From NCBI GenBank assembly GCA_000002435.2, contig CM018792.1: 64,000 bases of DNA; one strand, written 5' to 3'. This document shows positions 10,787 through 21,424 of this stretch, one piece after another. The first letter of the stretch is position 1. Each line of letters opens with the position of its first letter. Origin of the DNA: Giardia intestinalis (taxonomy: Eukaryota). Position numbers and translations under genes: made by a program. The notes under the pieces were generated by a model. That model did no database searches. It was not told where the DNA came from and worked only from the letters and a program-made list of their open reading frames with translations.

Positions 10787-13399
10787 ATGGACAACAAGAG
10801 CATCTGCTCCAAGTTCAACAACAGGTTCATAGTGAACGACAATCCGGGAGGCGATGATTCACAGATAATTTTGAGCTCGGAGAAGGTCAACGTTTTGGAC
10901 CTCTTCCAGGGAGACTACGTGCGGCTTAAGGGGCGCTTTGGGAAAACCACCCACGCTATGGTCCAGTCGAGGGAGGATGTTGACAAGATAGTGGTTCTGA
11001 TGAACAAAACCATGCGTGCCAATCTGGGGGTCAATCTCGGCGATATCGTCATCCTGTACCCTGCCCAAAACCTTCCTTATCACAAGCGCATCAAGGTGAT
11101 ACCCTTCGAGCAGGATCTCGAGGGGCTCAATATTGCAGGATATACTGTGAAGCAGGGCGAGGACGGCAAGCCTGCCCCGGCGCCCTTCCCCGGTCCCACG
11201 TACGACCTGTTTGACATTTGCATTGCGCCATACTTCAAGGACAAGTGCCGCCCCGTTACTGAGGGTAATACGTTTAAAGTCATGACGACTAGCTTGCCCG
11301 TAAACCGCGAGATAGAGTTTAAGGTGGTTCTTACAGACCCCTCTCCAGCGTGCATCGTCATGGATGGGGGCGAGATCTTCTATGAGGGCGAGCCCATAGA
11401 TAGAGATGAGCACGAGCGCGAGAATACAAAGGTAGGCTACTCAGACCTTGGAGGCCTCGGGAAGGAGCTGGGAATGATCAGGGAACAAATTGAGCTTCCT
11501 CTACGCCACCCAGAGCTCTTCAAGTACCTCGGTGTCAAGCCTCCTCGGGGAATTCTTCTCACGGGTCCCCCAGGCTGCGGTAAGACCACTATCGGAAAGG
11601 CCATCGCAAACGAGGCTGGGGCGTACTTCTTTTTACTAAACGGTGCTGAGATCATGTCATCCATGGCTGGCGAGTCCGAGAAGAACCTGCGCAAGGCGTT
11701 CGACATTTGCGAGCAGGAAGCCGAGAAGTCTGCAAAGGAAAATGATGGTGTGGGGTGCGCTATTCTGTTCATTGACGAAATTGACTGTATTGCCGGAAAC
11801 CGTGCCGAGAGCAAGGGCGAGGTTGAGAAGCGTGTCGTTTCCCAGTTGTTGACCCTCATGGATGGGATCAAGCCCCGCTCCAACGTCATCGTCCTCGCTG
11901 CCACGAACAGACCTAATGTCATTGACCCCGCTCTGCGCAGGTTTGGAAGGTTTGACAGAGAGATACAGATAAATGTTCCCGACGAGAACGGGCGTCTGGA
12001 GATCCTCTCCATCCACACCCGCAAGCTAAAGCTCCATCCGGACGGCGTGGATATTGTCCGCATTGCGAATGAGACAAACGGGTACGTCGGTGCTGACTTG
12101 GCCCAGATATGCACGGAAGCTGCGATGATGTGCGTCCGTGAATCTATGGAGATGGTGCTAGATATGGAGAGTGAGGAGAAGCTGACCGATGAGCAGCTCA
12201 ATAAGATCTTCATCACTGATAGCCACTTTACGGCTGCAATTTCGAAGGTCACACCGAGTACGCTTCGCGAGACCGTTATTGAGATGCCCACAGTCACCTG
12301 GGATGACATTGGCGGTCTTGAGCACACAAAGAGAGAGCTCATCGAGCTTATTCAATATCCCATCCGCTATAAGGAGAAGTATCAACAGATGGGCATCGAG
12401 CCTTCCCGTGGTGCTCTTCTGTGGGGTCCTCCTGGTACAGGAAAGTCCCTTCTTGCAAAAGCAATTGCCAATGAGTGTGGCTGCAATTATATAAGCATTA
12501 AGGGTCCGGAGCTCTTGTCGAAGTGGGTCGGCGAGTCAGAGCAGAACATTAGGAATATCTTCGACAAGGCCAGGCAGGCTGCCCCGTGCGTCCTCTTCTT
12601 CGATGAGATTGAGTCCATTACCCAACATCGTGGAACGTCTGCTAGCGGAGGCGGAGAGGTCACTGATCGGATGCTCAACCAAATCCTCACGGAGCTCGAC
12701 GGTGTTGGTGTGCGTAAGGACGTCTTTATAATCGGAGCCACAAATAGGCCAGATACGATTGACTCCGCTCTTATGCGTCCCGGCCGTCTTGACACGCTTA
12801 TCTACATCCCGCTACCAGATTATCCGTCGAGAGTTGCCGTCCTCAAGGCACACCTCCGAAAGTCAAAGGTTAACGAAAAGGAGGTTTCTCTTGAGCAGAT
12901 AGCGCAGGTCACGGACGGATACTCCGGTGCAGATCTGGCAGAGATATGCAGCCGCGCCTGCAAGTATTCCATCCGTGAGAATGTCGAGGGCTTTTCAAGG
13001 GCCATGTCGGCCTTTGAATCTATGAAGAAGTCGTGGCTCGATAGCCACGGCGGCGTTCTGACACCGGAAAAGGAGAAGGAGTTTGCTGAGCACGAAGAGA
13101 AGATCTCTGAGCGCTTCTCTGACACGAGCATTTCTGGACGCCACTTCGAACAAGCGATCAGAGAGAGCAGGAAGAGCATCTCTGAGGAGGAGATGAGACG
13201 CTTCGAGGTCTTTAAGCAGAGCTACAGTGGGGGAATTGGCGACGGCCTCGGGTCGATGGGCAACGCAGGCCGCAGAAACGCAAACCCCGCCATCGCGAAC
13301 TTCTCGTTCAAGGTAGATGGTCAGACAGGAGCTCGCCAACAACCCCAGGGCGCTGTCCGATCAAAGGCTGGGGCAGGAAACGAGGCAGATATGTTTTAA
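10787..13399 (+). CDS. CDC48: CDC48/p97/VCP-type AAA+ ATPase. Start re-called to Met at 10787 (MDNKSICSKF...).
   Basis: Two Walker A boxes (GPPGCGKT and GPPGTGKS), two Walker B boxes (ILFIDEID and VLFFDEIES), the SRH regions, and a CDC48 N-domain (QGDYVRLKGRFGKTTHAMV, LGDIVILYP). An AGTAAAT poly(A) signal lies at 13416-13422, 17 nt past the stop. Confidence 0.9.
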   Translation: MDNKSICSKFNNRFIVNDNPGGDDSQIILSSEKVNVLDLFQGDYVRLKGRFGKTTHAMVQSREDVDKIVVLMNKTMRANLGVNLGDIVILYPAQNLPYHKRIKVIPFEQDLEGLNIAGYTVKQGEDGKPAPAPFPGPTYDLFDICIAPYFKDKCRPVTEGNTFKVMTTSLPVNREIEFKVVLTDPSPACIVMDGGEIFYEGEPIDRDEHERENTKVGYSDLGGLGKELGMIREQIELPLRHPELFKYLGVKPPRGILLTGPPGCGKTTIGKAIANEAGAYFFLLNGAEIMSSMAGESEKNLRKAFDICEQEAEKSAKENDGVGCAILFIDEIDCIAGNRAESKGEVEKRVVSQLLTLMDGIKPRSNVIVLAATNRPNVIDPALRRFGRFDREIQINVPDENGRLEILSIHTRKLKLHPDGVDIVRIANETNGYVGADLAQICTEAAMMCVRESMEMVLDMESEEKLTDEQLNKIFITDSHFTAAISKVTPSTLRETVIEMPTVTWDDIGGLEHTKRELIELIQYPIRYKEKYQQMGIEPSRGALLWGPPGTGKSLLAKAIANECGCNYISIKGPELLSKWVGESEQNIRNIFDKARQAAPCVLFFDEIESITQHRGTSASGGGEVTDRMLNQILTELDGVGVRKDVFIIGATNRPDTIDSALMRPGRLDTLIYIPLPDYPSRVAVLKAHLRKSKVNEKEVSLEQIAQVTDGYSGADLAEICSRACKYSIRENVEGFSRAMSAFESMKKSWLDSHGGVLTPEKEKEFAEHEEKISERFSDTSISGRHFEQAIRESRKSISEEEMRRFEVFKQSYSGGIGDGLGSMGNAGRRNANPAIANFSFKVDGQTGARQQPQGAVRSKAGAGNEADMF

Positions 13400-13463
13400 A
13401 GACGTATCCAAGGCCAGTAAATAGGTGTTGGTTTTCTACAGGCCTGCAACGGCAACCAAAAAT

Positions 13464-16400
13464 ATGCTTTTGCTCGGTTTACTCTCCGCGTCCTACCTTT
13501 TTATATTCTACAAGCCTGCTTCCTTCGTTGCCGATGAAACTGCGTTTGCAGATCTACAGAGGATCGGCCAGCAAAGCTGCTTAAACAGCGCTAGTCCATC
13601 CCCCATGCCACAGGGGTTCCAAACCCGGTATGAGAAGGATATCACCGCTGAAGCAGCCAAGTGCCAAAACACATGTCAAGTAAGTGGCGGAGCTCCTTGG
13701 ACTCAGTATAATAATATAAATAACCCCGATCACCTATTATATAATGTTATGTGCATCTATCTAATGGCCCTAGCCTATAAATGCCCTCAGTCCACGCACA
13801 ACTCAGCAGATAGCTATAGGAGCGCGATAGAATACGCAGTAAAGTATCTAGCAGACCACGGACTTCAGACAACATATTTAACTCAAGATACCAATACAAC
13901 TAGGACTCTAATTCTTGCTGTGGAGGTCCCCACTTATATCTCTAAATTTCTTCCATTACTTGTGGAAGCGTCATCCTCTCCATCACAGTCATCTGATATG
14001 CAAACTCACTTGCTGAAGATAACAGAAAACATATTTTCATACGTCCCACAATTCACTGATTTGGCAAGCTGTTCAGCCAGGTCAAATGTGTGGAGTGACC
14101 CGGCCAAGTGCCCATACTCAGGTGTTCAGCTGGAAGCGTTTCTAAATAGTATATTCCTTACTCTAAACAAGTTTATCCAAGATAAAGTCAACACCCTAGG
14201 AAATGCGGAGTCCCTGGCGGCATACTTTCGACAAATGCCTACAAACTACTCCCAAACCAGCAATTATTACGTCGATGGCTACCGACTGGACTCGTCCATA
14301 GATCTGTACTACTCCATGCCAATGCAGGGCAGCACAGCATTTGACATTATCTTAGAGACTCTGCGTGCTGTGGAATACTTTGGGTCTGAGGAGAACGAGT
14401 GCGGCTCACGAATATTGGCGACGCTTTACTCTTTCTTCAATCACTCCATTCTTCCATACATGCAGCAATGCAGGCTCTCCGATGCCATTGCCGGTGCACT
14501 GGTGGTCGACGGAGTTCTTGATGGGCATGCTCGCCACGAGATCGCCATAGCGTTGTTTGCTCACATGCACGTACTAGCTGTTTCTAAGGGGTACATACCC
14601 AATTCATTGCCTGAAAATGTAACTGCTCTACTGAATGCGTTCTCGTACCAGGCCAATCAGTGTTTTTCAGCATCTTCTGCAAAGCTTCCCGCTAAATTTG
14701 CATATGGATGTCATTGTGCACTTAGTTTACTTGGGATCAATGCCGTCGCACATTATCATGCAGACGACTTGAAATCAAAGCGGACAGGGGTCCTCTGGCA
14801 GCCGTATGCTGACACTATTTCGATAGTGACCAAGGATCTCGACATCGTGTACGCGATGAGCTCTTACAAAACAGCATACTACAATTGTATTAACAACACA
14901 AATCGTCGTGGGTGGTATCAGAGGGCAGGACACCAATACGTTTATCCAAAAGAGCATCCTAACAAGTACATTAATTATTATCCCTCAATGGAGACCTTTG
15001 CATATCAGGGCGTTGTTGCAGCCAGGGCGCAACTTAAGGATTGTCAGTACCAAAATAACAAGGCAAGTGATAAGCGTGGGTCTACCAACGCCGGATTGGT
15101 TACCGTTGATACTGATGCAGCAATCGTCTACGAGCACATCCATCCTGATACCCGCAATGCATACTTAAAGCTCTTCTACCTTGAGGAGGCGGCAAACGCG
15201 GACGTGAAGAACACTTTCAGCAACAATGTCGCCATTCATACTCTTCTACTCTCCAATATGACTGCAGCTAATCCGTCTACCCAAATACATGATAACATAC
15301 TCGCAATCCCTCTTGGCAGCACAAAGGCTGTCGTTAGTGTGTTCTCTCTCGCAGGACAAAGAGTAGACACAGCCCCTGGAGACGATTGGACAAACACGGA
15401 CAGCGTGAAGTATGCATACGTCAAACTATCGTTTCCAGCCGATCAAGGGGCAGCTGACCAAAGCCCCACGCCCTCGCGTGGCCCAGAGGCCACATCCTAT
15501 GTCACAGGGGTGTGCTTCCATGCCTTCAGTGGGCCAGTAAAGGGACGCATCAAAGAGCTATCAGGGAGCTATGCTGAGCAAGGAGGTGTCTTACCACCAG
15601 ATTCTTCATCAAGTAATGTAAGGCAATACTTTTTGCAACTTCGGATGCGAGTTATGCCGGGCACGGAGTCCTCAAGTAAGTTAGCAATCTACACGTACTT
15701 TCCACGGCTCAGCTCCAGTGTTACAGAGACCGAGTTCAACAAGCTGTGTTCACAGTACAATGGCTCAGTATTCATCAATGGGCAACCAAATCCATCAAGC
15801 TACACATATCAGCAGATCGAGAACGTGCACTTTATCGTTGGAAAGTCCATTGCAAAGAGATATGTGGAGTTTCACGCCATGGCTTTCCTGAAGCCATCAG
15901 AGAGCGTGTTTTACCGAAATGCCACACTTCAGGCGAAGAGTACCGGATTCGTTGCCTTCAAAGCACGCGAGCGCACGCTGCAAATGTCGCTGGTGGACGT
16001 TACCCAGGACAGGCGAGCCGTGAACATGACCCTCTTTAATCTGTCTATTTACGACTTCCTGGAGACCAGCTGTAATCCCAAGAATGCCGATGATCAGATA
16101 CAGCTCTCTGTTCCAGGAATCAACGCCGTATTCTGCTCATGCAAGATGACCTTCAAGCTTACCTCATCCGAAGAGCATGCGTTATTCATGCATAAGGTGA
16201 CAATTGCCTCTGTGACCGTAACGATTTTAATAGCTATTGCGGTCATCATTACCATAGTTGTTATTTTGATCATGAAGAAGCGGTTAAAAGGCGGAGAGAA
16301 ACGTCTACGAAAGGTCCGTGAGAGGAAACAGATAACTGACGCTCAGATACGCTCAGATGCGGTAATAAAGAAGATGGCCAGGCACAGAGGAGAGAAGGAG

Positions 16401-16517
16401 CCACAGGACAAAACGTATCTGGACAACAATTTCCAGGATTCGTTCAGCGCTGATAAGATAGCTGACCTGGCAGAGACAATGTTTAGTAGAGGTGGCTTGG
16501 GAGAGAGCTACCTTTGA
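13464..16517 (+). CDS. Hypothetical type I membrane protein. The ORF could instead start at 13425.
   Basis: The N-terminus is signal-like (MLLLGLLSASYLFIFYKPASFVA). A large luminal domain carries many N-x-S/T sites. A single C-terminal transmembrane helix (VTIASVTVTILIAIAVIITIVVILIM) is followed by a basic cytosolic tail. Confidence 0.5.
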   Translation: MLLLGLLSASYLFIFYKPASFVADETAFADLQRIGQQSCLNSASPSPMPQGFQTRYEKDITAEAAKCQNTCQVSGGAPWTQYNNINNPDHLLYNVMCIYLMALAYKCPQSTHNSADSYRSAIEYAVKYLADHGLQTTYLTQDTNTTRTLILAVEVPTYISKFLPLLVEASSSPSQSSDMQTHLLKITENIFSYVPQFTDLASCSARSNVWSDPAKCPYSGVQLEAFLNSIFLTLNKFIQDKVNTLGNAESLAAYFRQMPTNYSQTSNYYVDGYRLDSSIDLYYSMPMQGSTAFDIILETLRAVEYFGSEENECGSRILATLYSFFNHSILPYMQQCRLSDAIAGALVVDGVLDGHARHEIAIALFAHMHVLAVSKGYIPNSLPENVTALLNAFSYQANQCFSASSAKLPAKFAYGCHCALSLLGINAVAHYHADDLKSKRTGVLWQPYADTISIVTKDLDIVYAMSSYKTAYYNCINNTNRRGWYQRAGHQYVYPKEHPNKYINYYPSMETFAYQGVVAARAQLKDCQYQNNKASDKRGSTNAGLVTVDTDAAIVYEHIHPDTRNAYLKLFYLEEAANADVKNTFSNNVAIHTLLLSNMTAANPSTQIHDNILAIPLGSTKAVVSVFSLAGQRVDTAPGDDWTNTDSVKYAYVKLSFPADQGAADQSPTPSRGPEATSYVTGVCFHAFSGPVKGRIKELSGSYAEQGGVLPPDSSSSNVRQYFLQLRMRVMPGTESSSKLAIYTYFPRLSSSVTETEFNKLCSQYNGSVFINGQPNPSSYTYQQIENVHFIVGKSIAKRYVEFHAMAFLKPSESVFYRNATLQAKSTGFVAFKARERTLQMSLVDVTQDRRAVNMTLFNLSIYDFLETSCNPKNADDQIQLSVPGINAVFCSCKMTFKLTSSEEHALFMHKVTIASVTVTILIAIAVIITIVVILIMKKRLKGGEKRLRKVRERKQITDAQIRSDAVIKKMARHRGEKEPQDKTYLDNNFQDSFSADKIADLAETMFSRGGLGESYL

Positions 16518-17900
16518 ATGCGACAGGTATCAGCCTGTTATTCTAATTATTTTTGGTCTGAAATGAAACTGACTCACCTTTCCTCACGCACCTCAACGTA
16601 CCCCTCCCTCTGCGCCCACTGGGTGGGGACAGACATAGTCGTTGTTGCGGGCGGTGGTGGTGCAGACCGCTCTGGACGTGAGAATAGAATAGAGCTGCTT
16701 CTCGCTGATGGCCTCGAGGAAGTTGCCCATGAAGTCTTGGATGGTGAGCCTGTTTTCTTCCTTGCTCCTGCGACTCATAGCACGTGCTTCTTTGCCGCCT
16801 TGCGGATGAGCTCTATTGCCGTATATGAGATTACAGGCTTGAACGCTTCTGGTACAGAATCGCCAATCCTGGCACTACACAATCAGACAGGGTGGAATGA
16901 TGTGGGAGAGAAACAGCGCATAACCGCTGTTTATGGGTGCGGTGACTATTTGGCCTTTTGTACAGTACACGAGGACACAAGAACAAGTTCCCTTCACATT
17001 TGGTGCTACTCTTGTAATAATGTTGAGAGCGATGACTCTACTCACTCCGCTACCGTTTCATTTGTTTCGCTACCTTCTACTTCTCTTCCTCTACGTTCTA
17101 CTCCCATTTCCATGGTACCCCACATCTCTGAAAAGCACACTGATTTATATGTTGTAAGTCGACAAGGGGAGGTTTCATGCGTATCCCCGGCGCAAATCCC
17201 GCACATTCTGGGGACTGCAACTCCATACAATCAGCATCCGCTTTCTTCCACCGTGCCCATGTCTCAGCCAGAGCCCGGGGCACGTCTCTGCGCAGCTGGC
17301 CAGGAGCAGCTTGTTAGTGGCACAGACGTTCTCAGAGCTCTCTACCCGCTCCATCTGGACACAACACACGCACTTGCGGGTCACTTTGTCGCCCACTTTA
17401 CCGGGAAACGTTCGTGCTCATTATGTCTTCTAGACCAGTGTCTCATCCCTGTCAAGACCTGCCGGGTAAGCTCGACCTTGTCGTGCGGGATCAGCCGCTT
17501 TCACGAGGACTCTGCTGTCGTCTTTATGGTTCTTTCTGACGGAAGCGTCCTAACGTTTGACGCACTGACCCTCACACGTCTTAACTCATACCGGGGAAGC
17601 GAGGACTCTCTTCTTACTGCGCTGGAGCTCACTAGCGGATCGTCTAGGTGCATTGTGGTGTCTCCGGCTGGTGTAGAAATCTGCTCCCTGCACCCAATCA
17701 ACAGCAGCCTTCAAAGTGCATACCGCACAGCACTCTTTATCTCCATCTTTATGGTCGTCGTTCTTGCAATAGGGATTTACTACAGATACCTGGAGAATAC
17801 GGGTAGCCTAGACTCACATCTTCTGTTCATAAAACTTAATCGTATGGTGTCTAGAAAGAATGCGTGGAAAACAAGCGGGTCTGGCGAGATCAGGATTTAG
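16518..17900 (+). CDS. Hypothetical protein with a C-terminal membrane anchor (460 aa). The true start is uncertain.
   Basis: The ORF begins at the ATG of a TGAATG stop-start overlap with the upstream gene. A C-terminal hydrophobic helix (TALFISIFMVVVLAIGIYYRYL) is present. No domain was recognised. Confidence 0.35.
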   Translation: MRQVSACYSNYFWSEMKLTHLSSRTSTYPSLCAHWVGTDIVVVAGGGGADRSGRENRIELLLADGLEEVAHEVLDGEPVFFLAPATHSTCFFAALRMSSIAVYEITGLNASGTESPILALHNQTGWNDVGEKQRITAVYGCGDYLAFCTVHEDTRTSSLHIWCYSCNNVESDDSTHSATVSFVSLPSTSLPLRSTPISMVPHISEKHTDLYVVSRQGEVSCVSPAQIPHILGTATPYNQHPLSSTVPMSQPEPGARLCAAGQEQLVSGTDVLRALYPLHLDTTHALAGHFVAHFTGKRSCSLCLLDQCLIPVKTCRVSSTLSCGISRFHEDSAVVFMVLSDGSVLTFDALTLTRLNSYRGSEDSLLTALELTSGSSRCIVVSPAGVEICSLHPINSSLQSAYRTALFISIFMVVVLAIGIYYRYLENTGSLDSHLLFIKLNRMVSRKNAWKTSGSGEIRI

Positions 17901-20889
17901 ATAAGTTGACCTGCTTCAGTGCATCCCTGGCTGCTTTTGTCGTAGCAAAGTCCCACGCTCCTCGACCATCCTTCGTTCTTAGACCCAGTTCGTGGTCTAC
18001 GAGTAAAGTAATGGCTTCCGCATGGGCATGCTTGCACGCGCTCATGAGGGCTGTGTACCCATCTGTCCTTTGCATCCCCTTTTCATGGGGGAGTAGAATA
18101 GACAGGCATTTGATAAATCCGTGGCTTGCGGCGCTCATAAGGGCGGTCTGTCCATTTTTGAGCTGCATACCACTCTCGTGTTTGGCCAGATACCCTACCG
18201 ACTTAGTGTGGCCTTCCTGGACGGCAAACATCAGGGCACTGAAGCCTCTCCGTGTTGGTATACGGGCCTCGTGCGGAACAAGAAGCTTGATGACGGCGAG
18301 ATTTCCTCTCTGGGCAGCCAACGCCAGGGCTGTGTATCTCCGTCTGTCCTTTATCCCAGCCTCATAGGGTATGAGCAAGCTGACAATTTCCTCATGACCT
18401 TTAACAGACGCTAACATAAGGGCAGTCCGTCCATCCCGGCGCTGAAGTCTTGTCTCATGTTGCAAGAGGAGCCTGACCACCTCGATATGCCCATGCCACG
18501 CAGCAAGCATAAGGGCCGTAGACCCCTCCCATGCCTTTTCCTTGGGGTCTGCTGGCAGGGGTGCCTGCAATCCGGCCTCCTTTTCTATTAAAAGGGCTGC
18601 AAGATCTGCATAGTTCAACACCGCAGCATAGGCCAGTGCCGTATAACCTGTGGTGCTAAACTGGCCGGCTTGATGTATGAATTCCTTAACCTGAGGAGTG
18701 CTACACGCTTTCACCGCCTTCATTAGGTCCGTTAAGGTCGGCTCGTAATGCGTGGGCGGAGTGTCAGGCTCTAGATTTATTAGTGGCCTGTGACTTGTGC
18801 TCACGTCGATAATTTCTTTGAGCTCATGCGCACCAGATTCGGCCGCAAGCTCTGCAGGCTTTTTCCCGTCTTCATTTGCTATACTCCGCTCATAAGGAGC
18901 AAGAATCCGTACACAATCTTTTGAATTGCATCTCACTGCGTGATGCAAAGCCGTGGAGCCCGTCGAATCAGTCAACTTTCCTTCTAGTGGCAGAAGATCA
19001 CGAACAACGCCAAAGCTGTTCTTTTGAGCCGCGTGCATCAAGGCTGTACATCCATCGTTGTCCCTCATACGCGCTTCCTCCTTGACCAGTAACTCAACTG
19101 CGTCCGGAAGATCCGCCATAGCTGCCAGCATAAGTGCAGTATAGCCACGCTCTGTCTTGAGGGAATGTAGGGATTGAAGCAGGTAACGAATCGAATCGGT
19201 GCTATCGTTAAGCGCGGCAACGTGGAGTGCTGTCAACCCTCCTGGGGCCAGGCAGGTTGCTTCGCGTTTGATAAGAAAAGATAACACGTCCGCTTTATTT
19301 TCCTCTGCTGCGATATGTATGGCAGCATAGCCATTGTCATTCTGTATCTTTCCTTCCAGCACATGCAGATGCCGTACAGCATCCTTGCTCCCTATTTTTG
19401 CAGCCATCATGAGGGCGGTAGTCCCAGTTAAATCTTTTCGCTTAGCTTCTTTGTTGGCCAGCTCAGCAATTGCATCAATACTGTTCTGCTGCGTTGCGAT
19501 CATGAGAGCCGTAAAACCATTGCTGGTCGTCATACCCCCTTCATATTTCCAGAGAACCTTGCAGACATCAGCATTGTTATGGCATGCAGCATACATAAGA
19601 GCAGTCCACCCTCTCTCTGTACACACTTTGCCTCTCTCTGTCTTCGCGAGCAGTTTTGCTATTGCTGAATGACCGCAAATTGCTGCATGCATCAGAGCTG
19701 TTCTCCCGGTTGTATCGACCACCATAGAATAGCATTGCATGAGCTTCTTCACAGAGTGCCGGTCGTTGTTCCGTGCAGCAATCATCATATCTGTCCATTG
19801 TTCCTCTACTGCCTCGGAGGGCCTCCTATAGTCAGCAGGAAGAGATGTCATTGCAGTTGTCGCGGAAGACACAACAGACACAGAATCATCTATTGCACCT
19901 ATCTCAGCAGGGGTGCACTCGTCCTTTGACAAAGCAGGCTCCGATGCAGCCTGATCTGACGAGGCAGACTCCGCACAAACAGTGCCGGAATCAGAGTAGT
20001 CTAAGAGATCAAAATCTGCCGTTTTTAGTCCAGTCAAGTTCTTACCATCATAAAGTAACAGTGGGGCCGAGACTATCCTGGGGTTATTTTGCAGAGCCAT
20101 GGCCGGAAGCCTGCGGGCGGGTATGGGAGAAAGAAGGATAGATAGAACAGGCTTGATGTCCTTGTCATAAGATGGTGGAAGAGATATCGTCTCCATGATG
20201 GTCATACTCATATTGTATGCCTCCATAACGGGGCTAACTCTTAAGGGCTTGAGTCCAGTAATAAACTCGTAAATCAAACAGCCCAAAGACCACAGATCTG
20301 CCTTCTCTGTGAGTGTGCCCTGCAGCTCTGATTTTGCTACCGCGTGAAGAAGTTCTGGAGGTGCATAACAATACATCTCTTGGTTGTCTAAAAGAGCCTC
20401 CCCAATACTAAGCGAATCGGGCAGAACATAGTCCACAACCTTAAGGAGCCCCTTGCTACAGAGAATCCGCTCTGGGGTCAAGATGCCGGCAAGGACAACG
20501 CCCACGTCTGAGTCTGGCTTAACTTTACTATGTAAGTAGGCTAACGCCTTTAAGAGCTGCATAAGCGAAGAGTGCACATCATCAAGAGATGGTTTTTTCA
20601 GCGCCCGTAGCTCTGCAAGAGTCTGACCGGCAGAATACAAAATGTAATGCTTCTGCTCACCCTCGTCACAAATGACATCGGCGATTTGGCCTACATGCTG
20701 ACAGACCATTTTCCGCGCCCCGCTGATGCGCGCAGAGAGCCTCTCTTGCTGCGTGGGGGTCAGACAAGCATAAGATAGTTCTCTGCAAATGTATCGAGCT
20801 TTATCCCTTTTTGCTTCCACTGTGTACAAACACCTATCGAGTCCCTGGCCCCATAGTGCTCCTGGCTCATAATTGGAGGCCAGTTTCAT
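17890..20889 (-). CDS. Protein kinase-like (NEK-family-like, probably catalytically degenerate) N-terminal domain fused to a long ankyrin-repeat array (999 aa).
   Basis: The kinase lobe motifs are weak (LWSLGCLIYEF and YCYAPPEL are present, but there is no canonical HRD or DFG). It is followed by more than 15 ankyrin repeats (G[RW]TALM[HY]AA..GH..[IV]..LL). This architecture is typical of the expanded Giardia NEK/ankyrin families. Confidence 0.7.
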   Translation of the reverse strand: MKLASNYEPGALWGQGLDRCLYTVEAKRDKARYICRELSYACLTPTQQERLSARISGARKMVCQHVGQIADVICDEGEQKHYILYSAGQTLAELRALKKPSLDDVHSSLMQLLKALAYLHSKVKPDSDVGVVLAGILTPERILCSKGLLKVVDYVLPDSLSIGEALLDNQEMYCYAPPELLHAVAKSELQGTLTEKADLWSLGCLIYEFITGLKPLRVSPVMEAYNMSMTIMETISLPPSYDKDIKPVLSILLSPIPARRLPAMALQNNPRIVSAPLLLYDGKNLTGLKTADFDLLDYSDSGTVCAESASSDQAASEPALSKDECTPAEIGAIDDSVSVVSSATTAMTSLPADYRRPSEAVEEQWTDMMIAARNNDRHSVKKLMQCYSMVVDTTGRTALMHAAICGHSAIAKLLAKTERGKVCTERGWTALMYAACHNNADVCKVLWKYEGGMTTSNGFTALMIATQQNSIDAIAELANKEAKRKDLTGTTALMMAAKIGSKDAVRHLHVLEGKIQNDNGYAAIHIAAEENKADVLSFLIKREATCLAPGGLTALHVAALNDSTDSIRYLLQSLHSLKTERGYTALMLAAMADLPDAVELLVKEEARMRDNDGCTALMHAAQKNSFGVVRDLLPLEGKLTDSTGSTALHHAVRCNSKDCVRILAPYERSIANEDGKKPAELAAESGAHELKEIIDVSTSHRPLINLEPDTPPTHYEPTLTDLMKAVKACSTPQVKEFIHQAGQFSTTGYTALAYAAVLNYADLAALLIEKEAGLQAPLPADPKEKAWEGSTALMLAAWHGHIEVVRLLLQHETRLQRRDGRTALMLASVKGHEEIVSLLIPYEAGIKDRRRYTALALAAQRGNLAVIKLLVPHEARIPTRRGFSALMFAVQEGHTKSVGYLAKHESGMQLKNGQTALMSAASHGFIKCLSILLPHEKGMQRTDGYTALMSACKHAHAEAITLLVDHELGLRTKDGRGAWDFATTKAARDALKQVNLSKS

Positions 20890-20929
20890 AGTGACTTTTA
20901 AAAACCCTTTAAACTATTGTACCTATCTA

Positions 20930-21367
20930 ATGTCCATCTCACGCTTACAGAGTGAATTTAAGCGCTTACAGCTCATGCCCCCAAGATACATGTTTGTAGA
21001 CTTTGACGGTATTGATCTTTCAGAATGGGAAATCTGCATGATCGGACCCGCGAGCTCCCCTTACGAAGCATGTCTTTTCCATGTGCACCTCTCTATAGGA
21101 AGGGAATACCCTATATCTCCACCTACTATCACATTTAACTCTAGAATACTTCATCCCAACATATCGGACAGGGGGCTTGTATGCCCTAATCTAGTGAATA
21201 AAGACTGGACCCACACCATGGGAATTCAAGATCTCATGGAACTGCTACAGGATATCCTACTGACCCCACGCATGGAGAAGGCATACTTGATGGACATCTG
21301 TGCTGCAAGATTATACGCGTCCGATGTCCGAGCCCTTACGCAAGAAATGGCTAAAATGTCATCATAG
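20930..21367 (+). CDS. Ubiquitin-conjugating enzyme E2 (UBC fold). Start re-called to 20930 to remove the overlap with the upstream gene.
   Basis: MSISRLQSEFKRLQLMPP...WEICMIGPASSPYE...YPISPPTITFNSRILHPNISDRGLVCPNLV gives the UBC core, with the HPN motif and a catalytic Cys. Confidence 0.7.
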   Translation: MSISRLQSEFKRLQLMPPRYMFVDFDGIDLSEWEICMIGPASSPYEACLFHVHLSIGREYPISPPTITFNSRILHPNISDRGLVCPNLVNKDWTHTMGIQDLMELLQDILLTPRMEKAYLMDICAARLYASDVRALTQEMAKMSS

Positions 21368-21424
21368 AGCACAGCAATAATATGCGTCATACTATTGTGT
21401 TATACAGTAAATACTGGAGTGTTG

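Noticed and set aside
11437-12342. 301-aa ORF antisense to CDC48.
   Set aside because: The sense strand carries a fully conserved AAA+ ATPase. The antisense ORF is low-complexity and has no motif.
17864-19672. Plus-strand ORFs (17864-18367, 18121-18414, 19334-19672) inside the kinase-ankyrin gene.
   Set aside because: They are antisense to a 999-aa ORF with clear ankyrin repeats and lack any domain, so they are spurious.
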